DNA from: Camelus ferus
Lineage: Eukaryota
NCBI RefSeq assembly: GCF_009834535.1
Contig: NC_045699.1
Coordinates: 74,772,001 to 74,836,000, forward strand
Direction: 5' to 3'
DNA length: 64,000 nt
Shown here: one piece after another, positions 12,316 through 23,980 of the stretch
Layout: each line of letters opens with the position of its first letter
How positions within the stretch are numbered: position 1 is the first letter of the stretch
The notes under the pieces: generated by a model
Told to the model about the DNA's origin: nothing
Databases searched by the model: none
Seen by the model: only the letters and a program-made list of their open reading frames with translations
Program-made: the position numbers and the translations under genes

Positions 12316-14150
12316 ATGGTCTCGCTCCCGCCTCGCTCGCTCCTTGGTCCTTCCCTCCCTGACCCATGGTATGCCTGTGGGCAGAGCTCATCCTGAGAGT
12401 CAGGTCCGAGCCCTCACCAGCCCAGGGCCTGGGCCAGGCAGGGGACAGCAGCTTGGGGTGGGGTCTGGATGCAGGACCAAGCAGAGAAGAGGACGGGCCC
12501 CTCCCTGCCCCAACCACGTGAGTGGGACCTCACAGGCCACATTCTCCCCCTTAACCCTGCACAGACCTGCAGGAGAGGGTCTTCAGCTCCCTCCACAGAT
12601 GGGGAAACAGGTTCAGGAATGCTGACCGCTTGGCAGGGTCACTGGACCCCTGGCCTCCCCAGAGTGCCGGGTCTGTGGTTCATGCTCAGCCCAGCAGGAA
12701 GCACGGACTCAGCTCCACGGTGCGGCTCCCTGTGTGCAGGCGGGAGCCGTCTCCTCTTGAACCTGGGGCTGCACCCTCGGGTGGTGGCCGGCTCCCTAGA
12801 CACAGGCACAAGCAGAGTGAGACACCTGGGTCACAGGGCTGCTGGTTCCCCCCCAGCAGAGGGAGGGAGGAACCACAGACCCATTTCAAGGGGCTTCAGC
12901 TGCCATGTGTGTCACCATAGGAGGACAGAGGTGCCTCCTTTAAAAGTTGGAAGTACAGTGCCTGACTCAAAGACTCAGGCCTGTGGGCAGAGGGGACGGG
13001 TCCCCACCCTTCCCTGACAGGTAGCCCTGGGGACCCTGTAGAATGTCCCTGACCCCCTGCCCTCCTGCCTGGCCCTGTCCTCCAAGAGCAGGGCCTTTCC
13101 CAGAGAGGGTGTGGGGTGATTGGTGGCCCCCAGCCCAGCAGGTCCAGATGGCCCCGACTTTGGCCAAAGTCAAGGCGTAGCCCTGCAGGGTCAGTATAGC
13201 CGCCCCCGCCCCCACCCCTGCTGGCCTGAGGGCTGTCACAGCTGTCCTGCTGGCCTGCTGCCCGGGACACCCACCTCGGCCCATCCCACTGCAGCCTCTC
13301 TCTGAGCCTGGCCGGACGGTCCCCCTCATGCTCTGGGTGGTGTGGTTACCAGCCTGTCCCCAGGCTGGGTCAGCATCACCTGAAACCCTACCTTCCGCCT
13401 TTTCCATGAGCAGAAACCCTGGAAAGTCAAAATGGCGGGGGCCTGGGGCCAAAGACACAGGTGGGTCCAGCCAGCTCTGGACACAGACTCACCAGCACCT
13501 GAACCTTTAGAGGCCAGAAGACCTGCAACCCCCAGGTGGGCTCAGCCCCTCACTTCTCTCAGTAATCCATCCCTGCAGTCAGGATGTGTGGCAGCTGTGT
13601 GACAGGCAGGGACCTAGGTGGGCGAGGGCCCCAGGCGGCACCCCCCACAACGGGGTGCTGACGCAGCTGGCTTGGGCTGGGTGGACGCGCGGGCACAGTC
13701 TGAGTAGCAGCCGTGACGTTGCTGGGCCAGTGCAGTTCCATTTTCTTCTGCATCTCCCGGGTCCCTGAGGGCGGTGAGATGGAGGGGAGGACAGAGCTGC
13801 ATCTGGATGGACAGTGACTGCCCTGGCAAGAGAGACCTCCCGGGGCCCTGGGGGACCATTTCAGGGAGAGCAGCCCCCATGAGGGAGAGAGGGCCCTTGA
13901 GGTCTGGGACCCTTTGTGGCCCCATGTCTGCATCTGAGCTGGCTGGGGCTTGACTGCGTGGTGGGGACAGGCCAGAGCAGCCAGAGGCCACAGTGGTGGG
14001 AGGGCAGCTGCGGGACCGTGGGAGCTCAGAGAGAGTGGGGACGTGGTCTCTGGCCACCGCAGAGCCATCTCAAGGATAGCCCTGAGACGGCGCCGTGTGG
14101 TCGGGCCACCTGGACGGAGCCCACCGCTGGGTCCGCAGGGCCTGCACGTG
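12316..14150 (+). pseudogene. Decayed LCN12-like lipocalin copy 1
   Basis: 12664-12705 encodes VPGLWFMLSPAGST vs LCN12 FQGLWFVLGLAGST (31/42 nt), 1 nt out of phase with the AG at 12661-62. Exon-1-like end gagctcatcctgagag..tcag|gtc at 12403. Weaker exon 3/4/5-like traces at 13141-13200 and 13960-14150. Confidence 0.55.
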
Positions 14151-14339
14151 AGCTAGGACTCTGTGATGGATGCAGAGCTGCCAGCTGTGCCACCCAAGAC
14201 AGCCTTGTAGGGATGGTCCTGTGCTGGTGACCCCAGCCGATCTGGAGTGTCCACCTTTCTTCCGTCTTTCCCTGCCCTCCGTGTACGGGGGGCCAGTTTC
14301 GGATTTCATCGGAACTCCAGAGGGTGTGGGCCAACACCA

Positions 14340-14525
14340 CACCATGATGTTACTCAGCCAGAAACAGGAAGGAAATTCTGACACTCGATGACACTCTTGA
14401 GGGAAAGAAGCCAGACACCAAAGGCTGCCCGTTGTGAGACTCCATTCATATGAAATGTCCAGAGGAGGCAAATCTAGAGACAGAAAGTGGGTCAGTGGTT
14501 TCCAGGGGCTGGCGGTGGGGGGCAG
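14340..14525 (+). mobile_element. Old L1M (L1MB-like) 3' fragment
   Basis: gaaagaagccagacaccaaagg...tccattcatatgaaatgtccaga...ggcaaatctagagacagaaagt..agtggtttccaggggctgg resembles L1M 3' UTR consensus. Confidence 0.75.
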
Positions 14526-14859
14526 TTGGGAGCCCCTGAAAAACTGAAGGCTGGGGGCTGGTCTCTGGCAAGACAGGGTGAGGTTAGAGGGAGGCCATGT
14601 CCAGCCCCACCCTCAACCCCCAGGGAAGGAGGAGCTGGGTGAGCGAACCACCAAAGGTTAAGGGAAGAAACCCGGGAAGGAGGGAGGGGAGGGGGAGAGG
14701 AGGGAGGGGTTCAAGCAGCCACCGGCCCAGACGGAAGCCTGAGGTGACTGAAGCGGAGGCCAGACGCTCATGGGGTCACACTGACACCCTCAAGTGGAAT
14801 ATTTAGACAAACTAGGGAAGTTCTGAAACAAAGCAAAACACGTAATAAGCTGGCACAAG

Positions 14860-15760
14860 AGGGCAGAGAAGTTGGCGGAGGATGGGAGACGGAAGCCCAC
14901 CGTCGCTGCACCTGCCGGCGCGGGCCCCCCCGGGGGTGCGTCGGGAGGTGCCCGGGGTGCCCACTGGGGCCACAGGACAGCCGTCTGTGGGACGCGCCCG
15001 CCGGGCGTCCCCGATGAGCAGGGCAGGACCAGGAGGGGAGGAGGGCACGCGGGAGCGTGCCACGAAGCCCCTCCTCCCACTGTGCGCCTCCAGCCCCCAC
15101 ATTGACTAACATCCTGCCGGGCAGCAGAGAAGATCTGTCCGCAGGGTGTGGCTCCCAAACACGAAGGGCAGCAGAGGGCAGATCTGGGCCGGGAGTTACT
15201 AACGCGATGCCGGGCGCGCCTGCCCCTTGGGCGGCACACCGCCCTCGCGCTCGCTCCCTTCCCCGCGCTCGCGAACTGCCCGACAGGATGGGGAATCGGT
15301 GACTCCCCCCAACGGGGGGTCCCTCCTACAGGCGAGGGAGGGGCGCACCCTTCTCCCGGCACGGGCGCCGCGCGCCGTCCCCGCCCCATCCCGCGGTCGC
15401 CGGGCCACTCCCTTCTCACAGCCAGCCGCAGTCCTGCTGAAGGTTCCGCTTCCAAAATTCAAAGCTGTGACGTTCATCTCAGCGGCACGTGCACGCAGCA
15501 GGCGTGGGAAGAAGGAAGGGGAGCCCAAAGACGCTGGCGCGGCCCAGGAGCCGGGGTTCTCCCCGTGGACCGACCCCCGTCTTAACTCCCAGGTGCCTGA
15601 GCCTCCCAGAGGCCTTCCGTTTGGGGGCTGTGGTCCTGTAGGCGTGGGAGGCCCGCGTGGCCCTCCGGGGAGCCCCCTGCAGCCACAGCGCCCCCCCCCG
15701 GTTCTGCGCAGACACCCGGTTTCCTTCCCGGTTGGGACCGGTCACTTCAGCCAGTAGGAG
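14860..15760. promoter_or_regulatory. Orphan CpG island between LCN12 and PTGDS
   Basis: High CpG density against the flanks; E-box CACGTG at 15486-15491; TGACGT half-CRE near 15467. No coding gene attached. Confidence 0.55.
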
Positions 15761-16902
15761 AATCCCTCTTTCTGCTCGTCAATTGGGGGCATGACAGCCC
15801 CAGATGGCCTGCCGGGGGCTGCCACATTCTCTAATTCAGTTACTGTGTCCCCTGGTGGGGGCCGAGCTGAACATTGTCGGGACAGGAAGTAGCCCACGGG
15901 ATGTGTTAGTGAGAAAGGCCCCCAGACCCCTGGTTCTGTACCCCAGCTGGCACTGGGGGAGCGGGCGCCACATGCATGTTCACAAGCATGTGCATGTTCT
16001 GGGGTTGAGAGCGTCCCTGCATCCTCTGAGACGGAAGCGCTCCTTCTGGGCGCTGCCCCCGCTGTCACCGTCATCGATCCTCATGAAGCCAGTCCACGGT
16101 TCCAGGGACTGGGCGCACATGAGGACAGGGCTGTCCAAGGCAGGAACCCACCCTGCGTACTTCCTTTCTGTGCAGAACGCCAGGATGTGGTGGCATCCTG
16201 TGGGCCACGATGGTGACGTGGGCCCGCCCAGCGCAGCCTGCCCATCAGACTCGGTGGGCGAGTGTCAGAAAGGGGCCAGGAGGCAGGCACCCAGCTCCAC
16301 TCCTCCCACATGTCGCCCTCCCCACCCGGTGACCAGGCAGCCAGGCTAAGCACAAGGTCGGTGTGGGAGGCCTGGGTGGCGGGGACAGGGGCCTCGTGGG
16401 AAGCCCTGGCCCCTTCCATCCTGTCTCAGGCCTCGCAGGGATGGGGGCCGTGCTGGGACAATGTGGAGGGCAGACCAGGCAGGGCTTGTCCTGATATGTT
16501 GGCCTGTGAGGGTGGCACTGGGACCCGGGAGGGCTGCTGGCTGGAGCCATGTGGCTGGCCCCCACTGTGGGCCCTGAGCCATGGCCTCAGGCCCTGTGGG
16601 CAGCCAGATCGCGTCTCTTTATCTTGGCCTGAGATCTTCCACCACCATCTGGGCCTGCTGGGCCCAGGCCCAGCCCCCTGGGGGCTTCCAGAGCTGACTC
16701 TGCTTGTTTTCTGGCAAAGGAAGGGAGGGGGCAGGTGGGCTGGGGGTACCAAGTGGTCGGCCAGGGGGGCCGGACCTGTGGGTGCAGAGCTGGGCTGGAG
16801 CCCCTCCCACCCCCGGCCTTGGCCTCTGCCCTCCTCTGGGTCCTGAGGCCTCGCCCACTCTGGCCCCTGGGGAAGCACCTTTTCCCTGCAGGCCACTCAG
16901 AG

Positions 16903-17058
16903 GGTGATGCCGGCCACCCTGACATCCAGCCCCGGGACAGTGCGGGCTGAGCTGCGGCCACCGGGCACCTCGGCCTCCCAAGCCTTCTCCAGCAAGCCCA
17001 CCAGCCAGGGAAGACTGGCCATGATGGCCCTGGGGTGCCCGGGGGCTGGTCAGAAAGG
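16903..17058 (-). repeat. Inverted repeat, left arm (156 bp)
   Basis: Reverse complement of 17616-17771 with 6 mismatches. Confidence 0.95.
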
Positions 17059-17615
17059 GCCTGGTGGGCTGATTGCTCAGGAGTCCCCCATGGGCCGCCA
17101 ACATACACACACACACCGTGGTGACACAGGGACCCTGCGGAGGATGGTGCCACATGGTTGGGGACCCCACGTGCAGCCCGGGGCCACCCCAGTCCAGAGT
17201 GACAGGGTGTGGGGAAGTCCCTCTGTTCACCTGGGGCATGGGGAGGCCTGCGAGATCTGTCCTCCCAGCCTCCAGGGAACCTCTGCTGGGAAGAGAGAGG
17301 GGGCGAGGCTTGTGTGTAGAGGGGGCTTGGTGAGGGGGCAGGGCACCCCCCAGGGGCCATGGGGCAGGTTCCCAGGGACAGGGGCCAGGTGAGGCCTTCA
17401 GGGCCAATCTGAGCCTGACAAGGGGGCCCCTACCAAGCTGCTCACCTCTGCAGGCCCTCTGACCTGGCCAGGGAGGCAGGTGGGAGGGTGGGACCCCAGC
17501 AGTGAGGTGGCTGACAGGCCAGGCTCCCCCTGCCCCAGGTAAGCTGACCAGTTCTTAGGAGGGAGGGACAGGTCCTAGCAGGTGAAGAGGCCCACCGCCA
17601 GTCCAGCAGGCAGAG

Positions 17616-17771
17616 CCTTTCTGACCAGCCCCCGCGCACCCCAGGGCCATCATGGCCAGTCTTCCCTGGCTGGTGGGCTTGCTGGAGGAGGCTTGGGAGG
17701 CCGAGGTGCCCGGTGGCCACAGCTCAGCCCGCACTGTCCCGGGGCTGGATGTCAGAGTGTCCAGCATCACC
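17616..17771 (+). repeat. Inverted repeat, right arm (156 bp)
   Basis: About 96% identical to the left arm; 557-bp spacer. Confidence 0.95.
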
Positions 17772-20363
17772 TGCCACCGATGGCTGACAGTGAGGAAAGG
17801 GCACCGGGAGGGGCTCCCCCCCGGGCGACCATCCTGGGACCACCTCTGGTGTCCTCCAGGCAGAGAGGACACGGGAGTGGGCTCAAGGGGAGGGGCTAGG
17901 GGAGGGAGGGTTGCGGGGCCTGGTCACCGTGGAACCAGCCCAGGGAACAAGAGGCCTGGGGACTGCAGGACCACGGGGAGGGTCTGACCGCCCACCCCCC
18001 TTCCCTGGTGAGCAAGTCACAGCTCCCAGGCTTTTGGGGTGGGAGGGGGACCCTGAAACACAGTCTCCACCGTGTTCAGGCGCACACGCGCACACGCACG
18101 CCTCTGCTCTGAGACACACTGTCTCTTGTGCCTGTTCAGAAAGCTCTCCCCGCGGGGCAGGGCGGGGCGGGCAGGCCGCACCGGGGAGGGGGTGCTCCAG
18201 TGGAAAGCTACTTTGTTTTGAAGGAAGTGATTTTATTTCTTGGGTTTGTGCAGATTGACTGGGAGCTGGGTTTTTCCAGTTTTATCAGCTGCTGGAACTC
18301 AGGGACCCTGGACTGCAGATATCCCCTGAAGTGACAGCACTCCAGCCGGATGCCCGGCTCTGAGCCCAGGGGAGGGCCAGGCTGGACGGCACAGCCGCCC
18401 TGGATCTGGGCCGGGAGGCCAGCGGACGGCTGGGGCTGCCCTGGAAGCGACCCCGCTCCGGCAGGTCCGACACGCCTGGTCTAAGTACCCCCACCCCAAC
18501 CTTCCCCACGTCTCTGAGACCTGCTCCAGGTCTCACCTCCCAGAAAGCCCTCAGGGGCTCTGGGGCGCCAGTGCCCTGGGTGCCCCCAAGTCCCACAGAA
18601 CCGTGGGAATAGGACCCTGGAGAGTGTCATTCACAGCGTCCTGGGCCCTCCTCGCCAGGGTGGAGTGGGCATGGTGCCCCAGTACCTGGAGCTGCCCCCG
18701 CCCAGAACCAACCAGGGGTGCCCGAGAGGCCCTCCTAGAGCCATCTGGAGACAGCTGTGACAAAGCCCTGGGGGCTGGTGCGGGGCGTGCGCAGTGTGTG
18801 GCCCCTTCTCACCGTCCAGTGCTGGTTTTGCAGATCAGGATGCTGGGACCCCTGACCCCGTCAGGCCTGTTTATTCCTGGGGATGGGAAGGGGCACAGGG
18901 AAGTGGGGACACCCCACTCCCACACCTCCCTGCCTGGCGGCAGGAGGAGCCACGCCACCCACCCACAGGCACCTGATGTGTGACAATCTGGTCGTAGGGA
19001 GACAGCCTCGAATGGAGGGTGGAGGAGACACACACAGGAAGCCCCGTCTGGCCCCCAGACCCACTGCAGACTCAGGTAGCCCTGAGCGAGGAACAGAGTG
19101 GTCATGAGCCCAAGCACGAGGGCGTGTGCAAGCATGGGCGCAGGTGTGCAGGTGTGTGTGCGCATGCTTGTGTGTGTCCCCAGGAAGGGGGCTCATGGGC
19201 CATCCCTGGGTAGGGGATGGGGACTGACAAGGACTTGGTTCCGAGCCTGGGAGAAGGGAAGGAAGGACCAGCCCCCAAACCCTGCAGCCTGAGTCTGAGC
19301 CAAGATGAGGGCCTCCCTCTGCTAGGGCTCAGCGAAGCGCGTGAAGCTGCCATCACCCTTGCTTGGCGACGGTGGTCCTAAAGCTGTGGTCCGTGTTCAG
19401 CTGGTCCCCGCACCCATCCAAGGAGGAGGCGGCTGAGGCTGCCTTGCAGACCCTGACTTGTGAGCCACCAGACAGCTGTCCCCGCAGCATGGGATGTGTC
19501 CGCCTCTGCCCAGTGGAAGGGATCTGGTGCTCCACCCGCTGCACTGTCTGGCAGAGCCCCTGCCCTGCGTCTGACCTGCCTCCGTAGGACAGCTGCCCGC
19601 AGCCCTCACACCACCTTCCCGAATCCAGCAGGGACCCTGGTCCACGGCCCCACCCAGCTCAGCCCTGCCTGATGCCCAGAGGACCTCAGGGCCGCGTCAC
19701 CAGCTGCGGCCGAGCTGGACGGAGCCCTGAGCCTGGGCCTTGGCCTTGTGAACTCAGCCCCAGAACTCCTGCTCACTTCTCAGCCCCTCCCCTCCTGACC
19801 TGCCCCAGCGCCATCCTCCGGTCCCGGTCCCGCCTCATTTAGAGCTGAGCAAGGACCTCAGCCTCCCTCCCCCACGGCCAGGCGAAGTCCCAGGCGCAGC
19901 AGTCCCCTTCGTCTCTCCTCTCTGCAGCCTCTAAGAATCTGATTCCTGTGGCGGGGCCCTGGGACCCCAGGCACAGGCCTCCAGCCGCCCTTTCCTCCCC
20001 CAGTTCGGCCACCATCTGTGACCTCAGCCCTTTCCTGACTTCAAGCCTGGGCTTACAACCACCCCGAGGACCTCACTCGGCCCGCTTTCTCCCTTCTGCC
20101 CCTGCCTCAGGCCAAGGCAGCCCCAGCCCGCTGCAGCTCCTCCCCTCCTGGACCCCAGCGCCCCGACCCTTTCTCGAGACGTCCCTCTCTAACCCGGGGG
20201 ACCCCGCCAAGTATCTCAACTGTGTGCCACCAAGGCAGTCCTTTGCTGGGCCCCCTTTCCAGGTGTCCTCCACGGTGGCCTGCCACTAACCCACCCCTAT
20301 CTCTGCCCAGTGTGGGGGCCCCGCTGGCCACTGGGCAGGGGAAGGGTCTGCAGATCTCCCAGC

Positions 20364-23300
20364 ATGGCCAAGATCTCCAGCACCAATTGCCGGGGGCCAG
20401 GATGCGCCCTTGGAAGGTCTGATACCTGGGAGCCACAGAGCTCTGACCGAGAGGAAGCTGACCCTCATGTGGAAGGTGAGGGAGGGTCATCCGGGCTCCT
20501 GCTTGGCCTCTGGGCCTGCGTGGTGGCTGGACTGTGGGTGATGTGGGGAGGCTGGCCACAGAAGATGGTGGACAAGGAGTCATCTCCAGGCTCCAGAACC
20601 AGAGGCTGTCAGACTGGGTCCTTCCCTTCCTCCCAGAGAGGAGTCCTGGCCCCTCGTGGGCCCCCATCATCCCTGCCCGTCCCCGGTGAGGCTCTGCTCA
20701 CGTGCACTCCTCTCACACATGCGGTGTTCAGGCTGGAATGTCGGCAGCCGTCGGGAGGAGATGGCCTGTGTCTCAGCTTCGGGGCTCGGGACCGTGAGAA
20801 GGCCATCCAGAACCAGAGGACAGGCCACGGCCAGGGTGGACGCGGACCTGTGCGGCGCCCAGTGGGGCCTGTGGCCGTTGTGTCTGGGCGGCGGGTGAGC
20901 TTCTCCCTTTCCGGTGGACAGTGGGGCCTCGTGTCAGCCGGCAACTCGGCCACTCGGAACTCAGGCTCCGATTCCCGGCCTTCTGGGTGGTTGGCAGCAG
21001 GCGCAAGGCTAAGTCTGGACAAGAGACTCGCAGTGACATTTGCACTTTTGCAGATGCCTTCTGAGAGAGGGGCTCCCCTCGCCCCTGGCCTTGGTGCTGC
21101 CAGGGACAGCCCCGAGCCAGCCACGTGGGGCAGAGGCCGCACACAGTGTTGACACAGCCGGTAGGAGGGTCCGTGAGCCATGAAGCCCCACGTGGGCCCT
21201 GGCTGCCGCCACTGGACTTTCACGTCAGAGAGAAACAGGGTCACTAGGCTGCGTGTAGGGACAACGGTGAGCTGTCTGCAGTCTACCCTGGGGCTCGGCT
21301 GGCACGCCGTGCAGGCCGCAAAGCCCTGCCGTCCGCAGCCCGCCAGCTGGACACGCAGGGCCGCCGGGCGGTGCGCTTCAGCCCAAATCCACGGCCTGGG
21401 AGTCAGGGGCCAGATCGGGGCCCATCAGAGTTGGAAAGTCCAAGAACCAGGAGCACCGGTGTCCTAGGGCGCGGCGGGGTGGGGAGCGGCTTGGCCCCGC
21501 AGAGGGACCTCATGCTGCTGCCACCTTTCTGTTCTATTTGGGCCGTCGAGGGGCCGGACCAGGCCGCCCACACCACATGCCAGGGTCTCCCAGGGACGCC
21601 CTCCCAGACACACCAGAAATGAGGGGCTGCTGCCCCCTGGGTGCCCTTAACCCAGGCAAGAGGTCATGTGAAGTCAGCCAGCGCCTTGGCTGTGGGGGAA
21701 GCACCCCCGCACTTGGGAGCCTGTGGGAAGCCTGAGCCATTTGAGGGGACCCTCAGGAGGAGGAAACAGTGGGGAAAGGGGGCCTCCGAGGCCACGCCCG
21801 CTGTCAGCCAGGCACTTGCTGGGGGCGGGCGGGCCGAGCCCCCAGCCCCTGCCCGGGGGGGGGGGGGCTGCAGCTGCTCCACGCACCTGTGAGAAGTTCT
21901 GGTTCTGCCAACACAGGCTGAGCTCTGGGCAGGATGGGGTCGCTTCAGACCGTGCCGACCTGGGAGAGGACAGGCCCCGGCCAAAGGGAGGTGCCGGACC
22001 CTCCAGCCTGCACCCTCCCCACCTGCCCGTCACCTCTCTGGCGGGTCCCATGCTTCAGAGCTCATTCTGTGCATCATGGGGAGGGTCTCTGTGGGTGTGG
22101 GAGCTTTGCCTCCTCCCAGGGTCCAGGCCACCAAGCCCTGAAACCAGAAACTCCCATGTCCCCCCCAGGCCCCTAAGAACTGCTCAGCCGAGACAGCGGT
22201 CACGCCAAGGTCTCTCTGGGGGACTCCCCAGCTGGTCCAGCCTCACCCAGGGGCACCCATTTCAGGACTAGGAGAGTAGAGGGTGGGGGCCTCTGTTGCC
22301 CGCAGAGGTGCTGGGGTTGGGGCAGGAGAGAAGACACTGACCTGCGGCTGCCCAGGCCTAGGAGCAGGGCTGGGGCTGCAGAACAGGGTCAGTGTTCGGC
22401 CAGCCGGGCACAGACAGTCTCTGTCCTCCTTGTCCCTCCCTGCCCTCCCTTTCCACCGCCACCCATGTGCCCTGGGACCAGAGGACAGCTCAGCCATCTT
22501 CCAGCGGGTCTGTGCCCGCCGGACCAGAGCAGGCGGGGGCAGGTTTCAGGGCAGCAGCCCAGCTGGGCACATGGGCCTTTGGCTCTGGGGCCTGCTGTGA
22601 CGGCCCCCAGACATGGGCCATGACCCCCCAGATCCAGCTGGGAGCTCCCACCAGCAGGAGGCTCTGGTGTCCGGCATGGGGTGCAGACTGCTCCAACAGT
22701 GGGTGCAGGGGCACATGAGTGCCAGGAGGCCAGACCAGGGGACCTCCCGGGAGCTGGCTGTCTCGGCAGCTAGGCAGGGGGGCATGAGGGCAGGCTTGGG
22801 CTAGTGGCATGGAATAGGGGACCGAGGGGGGGACAGCTTGTCAGATGGGGGAGGCCGGGGTAGGGGAGGGTCACCCTTGAGGACAGAGAAAACTCATAGG
22901 GGCCCATCTGTGTGACCGAGGGAGGGGACAGGCCCGTGGGATTTGTGCTGGAGGGCTGGGGAGGGACAACTCGTGAGGTGAGAGATTAAAATTACAAACA
23001 CAAAATTAGGTTCAGGGCCTCAGAAGAGCCCAAGCAGGTGAGAGAAGGCTGTGACTCTGGGCACCAAGGACCTGAAACAGGGCTGCCGGCCAGAGCCGGG
23101 ACTCTCCACAGCCCCATCTGCCCCCGACCCAGGGGCCTCTCCATCTCTGCCCAAACCTCTGGGCCCCCGCACTTGGGCCCTATCCTCTCCCACCTGGGTC
23201 CGCCCGCCCTGGGCCACCCACTCCTCACTCCAGGAGCGTTTCTCCCTTAGCCCTGTGTTCCCTGCCTCCAGCCCTTTGCATGTGCATAACCACAGGCACA

Positions 23301-23980
23301 CCAGCTGGCAGGCATGTGCACAAAACACGTACAGATGCTCACACACACAGACGTGCAGAGCCCACACACAAGCGTATGCCACACACACCCCACTCACACG
23401 CACATGTGCACTCGGGTGCACACATGCCACAAGCACACGCACTGCACACCCACGGTGCCCAGTTGCCTGGGTCTGCGATGAGTTTGGGGGTCAGGGGCGT
23501 GAGGTGGGGGGTGCTTCCCGAGGAGCCTGGGCTGGGGGCAGTGGTGGTGCAGACAGGCCCTGTCCCTGCTGCCCAGCACTCTGTCCTCACAGTGCGACCC
23601 TGAGGCCTGGGGGGGCGGAGTGAGGCTGGGGAGCTGGGGGCGTCCCAGGGCCCATGCTGGGACCCACCAAGGTGGCAGGAGGCAGTCTGAGGTCCGGCCC
23701 CTTCCTTGCCCTGCTACACCCTCTCGCTCTCCCCCCTCCTCTGGGGACTGTCTCCCCTTCCTTCTCTCACTCCAGCTCCCCCCACCCACCGTCTGCCTGG
23801 CCTCCCCGACTCTCAGATGGCCCAGGTCAGCCCCCTCTCCTGAGATGGTGGCCTTGTCCCTCCGGAGCCCAGCCTGGCCCCTGGCTGACCCCATCCTCAC
23901 AGCCTGTCAGGGCCTTCCTTGTGTCCTGTCCCCCGAGGCCACATCTGTTCCCACAACCCTCCCCCACCAGAAATAACACT
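20364..23980 (+). pseudogene. Decayed LCN12-like lipocalin copy 2 (collinear exon 1-6 remnants)
   Basis: Exon-1-like 20364-20475 (112 nt vs 114, GT donor); exon-2-like from 20909 (GQW..AGNS, AG lost); exon-4 acceptor ggccatgaccccccag vs LCN12 ggccctgacgcccccag at 22631, then RRPDQGTSR vs RRQSGDQGILR; exon-5 remnant with stops ending at a donor at 23038; intron 5 about 85% identical; exon-6 acceptor at 23816. Confidence 0.7.
23215..23540 (+). repeat. Copy of the LCN12 intron-5 segment
   Basis: See 10565-10870. Confidence 0.92.

Noticed and set aside
14790-15455. 221-aa minus-strand ORF across the orphan CpG island
   Set aside because: Low-complexity composition, non-ATG start, no recognisable domain.
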